A program made the translations under genes and the position numbers. The notes below the pieces were generated by a model, which was given only the letters and a program-made list of their open reading frames with translations, made no database searches and had not been told where the DNA came from. This document shows positions 9,010 through 17,040 of a stretch of 20,675 bases of DNA, piece by piece; position 1 is the first letter of the stretch; each line of letters begins with the position of its first letter. Origin of the DNA: Candidatus Heimdallarchaeota archaeon (lineage in GTDB: Archaea; Asgardarchaeota; Heimdallarchaeia; JABLTI01); NCBI GenBank assembly GCA_030614005.1, contig JAUWKS010000057.1:1-20675 (forward strand). The letters are read 5' to 3'.

Positions 9010-10764
9010 CTAGAAGAAACTAAACGTCAAAGGACCTCGAGGTAGAAGCAAGAAAAATAACAGGAAAGATTGCAAAAATGCTGTTATCAGTGGTTTTTTC
9101 CATATACTTTCGAGCAATTCGCCTAAGATAAAGATGAAAGTGATGATCAAAACACTATGAATACCATCGAAGAAATAGATGAGCGTTCCGGAAAAACCAA
9201 TGGCTGCTACACCTGCAATGAAAGGTATTAAGAATAGTAGATAATTAACGAATTTTCTAATGCGCCATTTTTCACCTACTTTCTCAATAAGGTTACTCTC
9301 AATATTAATGAAATAATAACCAACAAAGCTTAGGAGAAAAAGAATAAGCAACCAAAGAAGTCGAATATTAGCTGGAAAAACATGATAGAGGAATGAACTT
9401 AAGAAAATTGCAAATAATGTAGTAAACGCTATGAACACTGCTAACCCAATCAATATCTGACGCCAATTCCATTTTTCTTTTAAATCTTGAATCTTCATTC
9501 GCCATTTTCCTTGAACCCCTGGCATTTTATCAATTGAATAAAAAGTCATCATTAGCATACCATATCCGAAAAATGGGCACAAGTAAATAAAAGCAAAATA
9601 TGGCTTAGCAACTGGAATGAAATTAAAAACAAGAACTGGAATAAAACCAAGGACAAATCCACCGAGAATAAACAATGGTTTAAACCCAAGGAATTTTGAG
9701 AAATTAACTAATTCCAAATATTCGTTACTAACAAGTTTTACTTTTTCGGAATTATCTTCTAATTTTTGATTGCCTTTTATTGAGCTTTCAAAAGCACTCC
9801 ACCAAAAAATACCAAAAATTGCTGTTAGAAATATACTAACAATTTCTACTATGATAAATAATACGCGAAAATCATTGAATGAAGTGAGACCAACCATAGC
9901 ATGAGGATAATCTTCCCACAAACAAAATTTTCGTATTTGATTTATTACAGATGGAGAAATCGGTTCATATGTGTGAACTAATCGTGATACAACAAATAAT
10001 TTTCTCATATACCCTCCAGAAGTATTGGTATAATGCTGATAGAATCTTGGAGCTGTAGATATTTCTTCTAAATCAGCGATTGTAGTATTTGACAATGAAT
10101 TGTATGTATCAATTGCTTCACTAGGTGTAAGGATATCATCCCAAGTCCCAGTGATAATTAAGATATCTGTTGCCGGATTGTTTGGTCCTAAGTCAACAAG
10201 ACCATTATCAGAAGCTTTTGTGGGAATTGCCCCACCAAGTAAAACTAAACCAGAAACATTCTCAGAATCAATTAAAGTAGCACGAAGTATACCAGCGGCA
10301 CCCATACTATGACCGACTAAATGAATTTATGAACTATCTAAACCGGAAATTTGCTTAAATTTCTCTTTAGCCAGCAATATTTGTTCTGCGATGTAATTAG
10401 ATGAATTGTTTCCATCAAGCGAACCCGTTGATCTTCCATGCCCTGCGAAATCAGTTGAAAATACATGGAAACCCAAACGAACCAGATCGTTTGCAATAGA
10501 TTTCATCGATGTTCCATCTTCACCAAATCCATGAAACAACATAACTCCTCTGTTTAAGGTTCCAGGATAATACTTGCTGAATAGTATTTCATCCGAAGGT
10601 CCTTGAAATCTAACAGTGGAATTATCACACAAAACACTATCATTGTAGAGAAGGAAACTCATAGAAGTTAGTGATGATAGAAAACATATTAGAGCAACAA
10701 TTCCAAGAATGATCTTTTTATTCAAACAGATTCCCACACAATTTATTCTACCATAAGAATCCAA
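9010..10764 (-). pseudogene. alpha/beta hydrolase with C-terminal multi-pass membrane domain, interrupted by one in-frame TAA (10327-10329)
   Basis: ORFs 10327..10764 and 9010..10305 are in the same frame. Reading across gives SGLDSS*IHLVGHSMGAAG. FHGFG, DFAGHGRS, GHSMG, TGTWDD and a candidate His (LVHTY) form one enzyme, followed by many hydrophobic helices. The start codon is uncertain. Confidence 0.8.
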
Positions 10765-10806
10765 TCATCTATTATATCTCTTTTTGCTAGATTAGAGCTG
10801 GTATTC

Positions 10807-10821
10807 TTATATTAAATATAA
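10807..10821. promoter_or_regulatory. palindromic TATA-like element in the divergent hydrolase/methyltransferase spacer
   Basis: TTATATT-A-AATATAA, 21-35 nt upstream of ATG 10842. It is AT-only, so it could be chance. Confidence 0.35.
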
Positions 10822-10841
10822 TCAAGGAAACTAGAAGGAAA

Positions 10842-11501
10842 ATGACAGAAAATAAGAACATATCTGTTGCTGCCCCGGATAAATGGATGGCAGGCTGGGA
10901 TAATTATTTTAAAAAATTATTAGAACAATCAGATGATGCATTGATGGATTTATCTGCAATTAGTCATCCAATTTAGTGTTTAGCTGCTCCAATACGTGAT
11001 AAAGCTAATGATATGAAAGGGATTGATTTTGCTTGTGGACAAGGATCAACAACACTCTTTTTAGCCAAATTAGGGGTGCAAATGGAAGCAATTGATGCAT
11101 TAGTCAATGCTATTATCATCGTTAAAAAACGTGCAAAATTAATGGGGTTATCTGATAAAATAAATGCTTATCAAAAAGATATAGATGGTTGGGAGTTAAA
11201 ACCTGAAAGCTATGATATCATTATTGCCACTCAATGTTTACAATACCTCTTTGATCGCGCAATACCAAGATTAGAAGAATTGGCTTCGGCAGTAAAACCT
11301 GGAGGGTTTTTGGTTTACTCTGGGAATGTTCCTCCTCATTTCAAATTAGATCCGCCGATGAAATTTATTTATCAAGAAGAATTAGATGAAATTTTCGAAG
11401 GTTGGTTATATCATAGTAAAGGGACAGATGAACGTTTATTGCGTCCAAATGATCTTAGAGGATATATATGGTTAGTAGCACAGAAACAAAAAAAGGAGTA
11501 A
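10842..11501 (+). pseudogene. class I SAM-dependent methyltransferase, interrupted by one in-frame TAG (10974-10976)
   Basis: ATG 10842 is in frame with ORF 11013..11501: MTENKNISV...SAISHPI*CLAAPIRDKANDMKGIDFACGQG. Motif I IDFACGQG, AIDA, QKDI, YDIIIATQCLQYL and KPGGFL are present. Starting at 11013 would put motif I at residue 4. Confidence 0.75.
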
Positions 11502-11502
11502 A

Positions 11503-13230
11503 TTAGAACTTTTTCCTCTTCTTTTTTGTAAGAACGATTATTGCAACTGTAGCAAATAGAATAACATAAATATTATTCACTGGTACAAAGGCTGAATAAC
11601 CAAAAGGTGTTGTTGGTAAAGTTGATTCATTATCGTCATAAATTAATGGATCTCGTCCTAAAAGAATCTCTTCTCCATCATCAACACCATCTCCGTCTGT
11701 ATCTGCAGTAAAAACAGAAGTGTGGTAAATTGTTGCTTCAAGATTATTCGCTAAATTATCATTGTCTAAATCATCATATCTATCAAACACAAGAGGATTT
11801 AAACCAACCATAATTTCCCACCCATCAAGAAATCCGTCTGAATCGGTATCTGCGTTTGTTTCATTGGTGCAATAAAATTTCTCAGTTAATTCATCTAACA
11901 AATCACCATCATAATCACCGAAACCTGTGTGATAATTTGACCCAAGAAAACATGGCCAAACACTTATACCAGAATCTTGTGAAGTATTTATTTCTAAACA
12001 TTTGACTTTGTCATTATATTCTCCACAGAAAATATTGTTCTTTCCATCTAAATTCAAATCACCTACTAATGGGTTGCTGTACGAAAAATTATGTATTGGA
12101 TAGGCATCTAATACTGTTCCATTATAATCTAAACAAGTTATCTCGTAATTCACTACAATTATTTCTTGATTTCCATCACCGGTTAAATCTGACAAAACAA
12201 CAGAAGATTTTGGTGAATGAGAACCTGCGTCAGTTGTCCAATTTAATGAACCATTACTACTAAAACAATATAACTTGTTAGATGATGACTGAATGAGAAT
12301 TTCTAGTGAGCCTTCATTATCTATATTTGCAATAACAGGTGAACCTTCAAATGTTTCATACTCTGTAGCAGTTGCTGTTACTGACCAAAGTAAACTTCCA
12401 TCAGAATCATAATTACAGAATCTTTCTCCAGTACCAACATAAATCTCATGTTTCCCATCTAAGTCCACATCATATATCGCTGGAGATGAACCTGTGCTTA
12501 ATTCTCCAATTAAAGCTGTTTTCCAAAGAAAATCTCCTTGATCATCAATGCAATAAATATACCCATCAATACAAGTGAAAACAATTTCATATTCAGGATC
12601 GGAATCAACATTTAGCAGTGATGGAGTACAATACACATCGTTATCAGTTGTATATTCCCATCGACTAAAATCATCAGCATTGATACAGATAATTCCAAAT
12701 CTTGTACCAATAATTATTTCAAAAACACCATCTAAATCTTGATCACCAATACAAGGAGAAGAAGTATGAAATGGATAGATACCATAATTTTCGGAAATTT
12801 TCACTGCTTTTTCTTTATTTCCTTTAAAATCGTAAATAAAAATAGTATCTGAATCAAGTCCACCCAGAGTAATTATTTCTAATTGTGAATCATTATCAAT
12901 ATCAACAATACAAGGTGTAGAAATATACTTGAAAGATTCAGATTGTGACCAGATTGTCTTTCCTGTTCTTCCATTTAAACAGTATAAATAAGATCCCGAA
13001 AGAAAAACTATGTCCAGAAACCCATCTCCATTTAGATCTGCATAGTGAGGAGAGCAACCTTCCAATTTTAATTCTCTTTCCCATGTTAAGCTTAATGATA
13101 TTGTATCATCAGAATTTATTCCGTTGTTAAAGTTGTCAAAATTGACGTGGTTACTACTAACACTCAAATCGACAGAAAATGCTCCAAAAAGAATAATTGT
13201 TGCAATCAATAATCCAATTTTTTTCCCCAT
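11503..13230 (-). CDS. FG-GAP/VCBS-like repeat beta-propeller surface protein with DxDxDG calcium-binding (TSP3-like) repeats and C-terminal TM anchor
   Basis: Seven D-x-D/N-x-D-G-like repeats (DLNGDGFLDI, DIDNDSQLEI, DQDLDGVFEI, NVDSDPEYEI, DVDLDGKHEI, NIDNEGSLEI, DLTGDGNQEI) plus DLNLDGKNNI, then DYDGDLLDE, DTDSDGFLDGWE, DLDNDNLAN and DTDGDGVDDGEE. It has an N-terminal signal and a C-terminal TM plus KKKRKKF. Likely start ATG 13230; the track gives 13260. Confidence 0.85.
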   Translation of the reverse strand: MGKKIGLLIATIILFGAFSVDLSVSSNHVNFDNFNNGINSDDTISLSLTWERELKLEGCSPHYADLNGDGFLDIVFLSGSYLYCLNGRTGKTIWSQSESFKYISTPCIVDIDNDSQLEIITLGGLDSDTIFIYDFKGNKEKAVKISENYGIYPFHTSSPCIGDQDLDGVFEIIIGTRFGIICINADDFSRWEYTTDNDVYCTPSLLNVDSDPEYEIVFTCIDGYIYCIDDQGDFLWKTALIGELSTGSSPAIYDVDLDGKHEIYVGTGERFCNYDSDGSLLWSVTATATEYETFEGSPVIANIDNEGSLEILIQSSSNKLYCFSSNGSLNWTTDAGSHSPKSSVVLSDLTGDGNQEIIVVNYEITCLDYNGTVLDAYPIHNFSYSNPLVGDLNLDGKNNIFCGEYNDKVKCLEINTSQDSGISVWPCFLGSNYHTGFGDYDGDLLDELTEKFYCTNETNADTDSDGFLDGWEIMVGLNPLVFDRYDDLDNDNLANNLEATIYHTSVFTADTDGDGVDDGEEILLGRDPLIYDDNESTLPTTPFGYSAFVPVNNIYVILFATVAIIVLTKKKRKKF

Positions 13231-13342
13231 ATCTACATCAAGATAAATAATAATTACCATGATATATAATCATTTTCAAATTAATGCTTCAGAAGCTTTA
13301 ATCTACAAGTGCTTTTCAATTTTCTAGTAGAAAAGATTTTTT

Positions 13343-15793
13343 TTAATATTTATAATGAGTTTCAATAAAGCCTGCTTGTAAACTTGAGAGTAGCAGTTGT
13401 ATGCCATCTGATAATTCCAATAATGTTTTACTTTCAAAATCTCTTTTTTGTAGGATTTGAATTTCTTCGAATAGTTCTGGATGGAATTGCAATGTATAAT
13501 CTCTTTTTATCATATTTGTTTTAGGATTATAATAATAAATGACCATACCAGCTATTTCAGTTAAATAATCTCCATCTTTACTTTCAATGCTATAGAGAGT
13601 TGAGCTTGGTATTTCTAATCCAAATGGTAATGTTGTTAGTTCACTTAAACCCTCATCTTCTAGTAATAATTCGAAATTTTTCTGTGAAAAATCAGCAATT
13701 TTCTTGAATGCCCAATTGAAAAATAGCACTGCTTCTTCATTTACTTCATCACCGTGTAGCATAATAATATCCAAGGTCTCTAATGAGTAAAGATCTTCTA
13801 ACATTCCAGTTTGGAATATAGCTGTATCTTGATATTCATCTAGCATTTCCTTTGAATTTTTGGAAGCTTCTGGTCTGAATTTCACTAGTTTTTTTAACCC
13901 AAATTCAGGTAGTTCATTTTTCTTTACAGCAAAATATTGATCATTTATACTATTAGCAATGATTTCTTCGTTTCGATTCTTAATAGCCAAATTATTTCCT
14001 TGCGATTTTATTTCACCTATTGTTTTCAAAAACTCCTCGCTTACAATTTTACTCTTTTTAGAGATTATTTTGGCAATTTTCTCTGCTTTTTTGCACAATT
14101 CTACAATGTAATCCCTGAATGTTTCTGCTACACCTTGGTGTCCTAAACAAATGAAAAGTGCAGGACTGGATCCAGGGTTATTTCTCGCTAGCATTATTGA
14201 ACGTAGCAAATGCAAATAGTCTTTTCTTTCAAAATTTCCATTTGTAATCTCAGTAAAGCTTTTGCTATCATAAAGTGATTGTCTTCCACCTTCCACGATG
14301 ACATATCTAAAAGATCGTAGAAATTCTCCCAACGATTCGCCAACACAATGCTCTTTGACTTTATCGAGAAATTTGGCATAACTCATTTCAGATAATTCAA
14401 GAATGACAACATTCCAATCAAGTATCTCTTTAGTTATTGTTGCAAAGTTTTTTGATGCATCAATCAATTCTCCCCATTGATTTGATCCAATAACAGTATC
14501 TGGTTTTAAAATAACGGCCCATTTACTTCTTTGATTTGGATTACTAAAATGACTTTTGTATGCTTTTTCGAATTCTGCAATAGAACTAATAGTTATTTGT
14601 TGAGTTTCTTTTTTGTTCAAGAAACGTTGAATTTTCTGCAATGAAATTTCAAATGGTAAATTGAAGAAAGGATCTTTTAGTGGTATTGGGTATCCAATGA
14701 GTTTTTCATATTTCTTTCTGCTAGTATAGGATCTAAAGTCAACACCTGCAAGAAAAGCTATTTTGATGAAAATATCTGCAGGAATTTTCATTTTCTTAGC
14801 GAATTTCTCTAGCTCTTTTTTATGACCTAAAAGATAAGAAAGTTTTATCTGACTGTGAGCAATGCTAAAATCACCAGAAGGTATAGCACCTTTCATTATC
14901 GGTAACCAAGCATTTTGGTAGACAAAATCTTGAGTACCAATGGGCGTTTGGGAGGATAAAATAACGATCTTACCATTCGCAATTGCTTGTTCAATTGCTG
15001 GTAAAGGCGAATGACCGGAATTGATATCAGTGTTTATTGTTCCACTTCCATAGGCATTTAATATTATTCCATCTGCAGAAGCAAATCGTTTCCGGTACTC
15101 TTCTTCAGTCATCATTGGAGTGGTATTTACAACAATTATTTTTTGATTAAATTTGGTGTCGCAAAAAGTGGTAAATCCAACATTCTGACATTCTTTAGCA
15201 ATTCTTTTACAAATTTGAAACCAAGAATCCAAAATCAAATCTGAAGAATCCTTGGACATCAAAGAGATTGATTCGAATTCATGAAAAAAACCAGCGAACT
15301 TTTGAGTAATATAATCTGAAATTAGATTTGCTGTTGGAGTTAACACTCCATCTTCATTGTGCTCAGATTCGATAGTTCCTCCAGTTCTAATAAGAAATAA
15401 TTTATCCAATTTTCGGTTCAAATTCAAAGGATAGGCTCTTCCACGAATGAAAATCTCATCTGAAGAAATCCTTGCTAATTCTTCTCCACGAAAAGCATCT
15501 GGGGACCATTTATCGATTTTCCAGAGATCATCTTGAAAAGCTGCTTGACCATTGTTAAATACAACAAAAATATTTGGTCCTGTAAGTTGTGTTAGTAATT
15601 TGATGGAATTCTCAACATTAGGATATACATCAGAAGAAGAAAATTGCATGCTAAAAGGCACTTGAGATCCTGTAATAGCTACATTTGCTGGGAGATTTTT
15701 GAGAGTATATCTAATAGCACTCAAAGCCCAAGACATAGAATCTGTTCCATGAGTTAAAAGAAAACCGATTTTTTTGGAGTATTTTCGCACCAT
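13343..15793 (-). CDS. permuted L-asparaginase/glutaminase fused to a class I glutamine amidotransferase domain
   Basis: Numbered on the 820-aa track ORF: THGTD 18-22, TGSQ 45-48, Lys96, TGGTI 141-145, DSS 186-188, then the asparaginase C-domain (GIILNAYGSG, SSQTPIG, GAIPSGD, KLSYLLG). GATase1 motifs follow: VEGGRQSLYD, ICLGHQ (Cys553), LHGDEV and QFHPE (His775, Glu777). Start is ATG 15793 or GTG 15805. Confidence 0.85.
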   Translation of the reverse strand: MVRKYSKKIGFLLTHGTDSMSWALSAIRYTLKNLPANVAITGSQVPFSMQFSSSDVYPNVENSIKLLTQLTGPNIFVVFNNGQAAFQDDLWKIDKWSPDAFRGEELARISSDEIFIRGRAYPLNLNRKLDKLFLIRTGGTIESEHNEDGVLTPTANLISDYITQKFAGFFHEFESISLMSKDSSDLILDSWFQICKRIAKECQNVGFTTFCDTKFNQKIIVVNTTPMMTEEEYRKRFASADGIILNAYGSGTINTDINSGHSPLPAIEQAIANGKIVILSSQTPIGTQDFVYQNAWLPIMKGAIPSGDFSIAHSQIKLSYLLGHKKELEKFAKKMKIPADIFIKIAFLAGVDFRSYTSRKKYEKLIGYPIPLKDPFFNLPFEISLQKIQRFLNKKETQQITISSIAEFEKAYKSHFSNPNQRSKWAVILKPDTVIGSNQWGELIDASKNFATITKEILDWNVVILELSEMSYAKFLDKVKEHCVGESLGEFLRSFRYVIVEGGRQSLYDSKSFTEITNGNFERKDYLHLLRSIMLARNNPGSSPALFICLGHQGVAETFRDYIVELCKKAEKIAKIISKKSKIVSEEFLKTIGEIKSQGNNLAIKNRNEEIIANSINDQYFAVKKNELPEFGLKKLVKFRPEASKNSKEMLDEYQDTAIFQTGMLEDLYSLETLDIIMLHGDEVNEEAVLFFNWAFKKIADFSQKNFELLLEDEGLSELTTLPFGLEIPSSTLYSIESKDGDYLTEIAGMVIYYYNPKTNMIKRDYTLQFHPELFEEIQILQKRDFESKTLLELSDGIQLLLSSLQAGFIETHYKY

Positions 15794-15805
15794 CTCTTTG
15801 GTCAC

Positions 15806-15857
15806 AACCGTTTTTTATAAAAATGAAACACAATAAGAAAATAACCTACTAACGGTT
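15806..15857 (-). promoter_or_regulatory. TATA box flanked by an inverted repeat, upstream of the asparaginase-GATase gene
   Basis: TTTATAAA on the minus strand 21-28 nt upstream of ATG 15793. AACCGTT (15806-15812) and AACGGTT (15851-15857) form an inverted repeat around it. Confidence 0.5.
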
Positions 15858-15872
15858 ATTTATCTTTCTTGT

Positions 15873-16898
15873 TTACTTGCTGTTTTTGAAGACATAAGCA
15901 ATTAAATTAGCAATAATATTAGCATAAAAACTAGATGCAATAGCAAGTTCTTCTGTGCCATCTACTCTACTAAAAATTAGCTTGACAGAACCTTTCTTAT
16001 AGGAAACGTTTTGGACAAATTTAACAGCTCGAGCCCAAACTTTTCCATCATCTGAACCAAAAAGAATTCTTGAGTCAGTGATAAAACAATCACAAGGAAT
16101 ATTACAATTAAAAGCTCCACTAACTTTCTCAACATTCCCCCAGAAGAGCACTTTCTCAGTTTTCCAATCAAAACCGGGTATGACAATCTTTATTCGATCT
16201 TCTAAATCGATAATGGATGTTTCACGAATGATCCTAACGCCAGTATCGCTTTTCGCTCTTTCTTCTAAAGCAGGTAGCTTCTTAGTTAATTCCAACAATT
16301 CTTGTAATAATCTATTAGAGAATCTTATCATTGTTTGAGAGCCATTTGTTCCTTTGATAAACAAGGCTTCAGTTTTCCCTAAAATAAGTGCTAATGGTTC
16401 ATCGCTAGCAATGCTATGAACTTTACATTTTTTTGTTGATAAAACATCACGTAAATCCTTAGAGATTTCTAGATTGTCATCTATCCAAGCTTCAGGGAAT
16501 TCATTCTCTTTTATGATAGTAATAACTGAACTTAGATTATTAAAAATCATAACAGGTGAAACGCTACTCTTTTGAGCTGATTTGTCTTGTAATTTAGAAA
16601 TGCCTTTTTTAACACTAGTGATGGTGGAAACTATCGAGTCGATAGCGTTGTCAATAGTATCTTCTGGTGGAAGAGCTTTAAAGAGCATTCCTTTTTCTGC
16701 TGGAACTTTCATTATGAACCCCAGCTCTACTAAACTATCTAAAACAGAGTAAACCTTTGCTCGTGGCACTCCAGATTCTTTTGCTATCAAGTAGGCAGTA
16801 GCTTCACCTAACACAAAACTCGCAATGTATACTTGCGATTGATACCTTTGTAATCCTATTTGAGTTAACCCGTCGATTAGCTTATTGTCAATTTGCAT
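15873..16898 (-). CDS. TrmB-family transcriptional regulator with a C-terminal PH-like domain candidate
   Basis: The N-terminal wHTH LTQIGLQRYQSQVY...ATAYLIAKESGVPRAKVYSVLDSLVELGFI is typical of TrmB. The C-terminal ~100 aa (CFITDSRILF...GSVKLIF...terminal helix) resemble a PH/GRAM-like fold. ATG 16898 is preferred; GTG 16907 is an alternative. Confidence 0.85.
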   Translation of the reverse strand: MQIDNKLIDGLTQIGLQRYQSQVYIASFVLGEATAYLIAKESGVPRAKVYSVLDSLVELGFIMKVPAEKGMLFKALPPEDTIDNAIDSIVSTITSVKKGISKLQDKSAQKSSVSPVMIFNNLSSVITIIKENEFPEAWIDDNLEISKDLRDVLSTKKCKVHSIASDEPLALILGKTEALFIKGTNGSQTMIRFSNRLLQELLELTKKLPALEERAKSDTGVRIIRETSIIDLEDRIKIVIPGFDWKTEKVLFWGNVEKVSGAFNCNIPCDCFITDSRILFGSDDGKVWARAVKFVQNVSYKKGSVKLIFSRVDGTEELAIASSFYANIIANLIAYVFKNSK

Positions 16899-16928
16899 TG
16901 CTATCACTTTTAAGCTTGTAATTTACGT

Positions 16929-16998
16929 ATAGTAATTTACTATTCTAACTAATTAATAGTTTGAAAACGTTTATTAAGGTTACTACTCGAGTAGTAAC
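16929..16998. promoter_or_regulatory. two palindromic operator candidates in the divergent promoter
   Basis: ATAGTAA-T-TTACTAT (16929-16943) and the perfect 20-bp GTTACTACTCGAGTAGTAAC (16979-16998). Confidence 0.6.
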
Positions 16999-17040
16999 TA
17001 TCAGAGTTGTTCTATTAATAAAAAACGGAGTTCAAAATCA

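Noticed and set aside
6123-11501. RiPP biosynthetic cluster (TldD/E plus methyltransferase plus hydrolases)
   Set aside because: No precursor peptide, YcaO, radical SAM or transporter gene is visible, and the genes are not co-oriented in one operon.
13319-13333. Palindrome TTTTCTA-G-TAGAAAA downstream of the fusion gene
   Set aside because: It is almost all A/T, so it is expected by chance; it cannot be told apart from a terminator or noise.
13343-15793. Calling the fusion enzyme GatD or GMP synthase
   Set aside because: It lacks the GatD N-terminal domain and any adjacent gatE, and has no ATP-pyrophosphatase (SGGVDS) domain.
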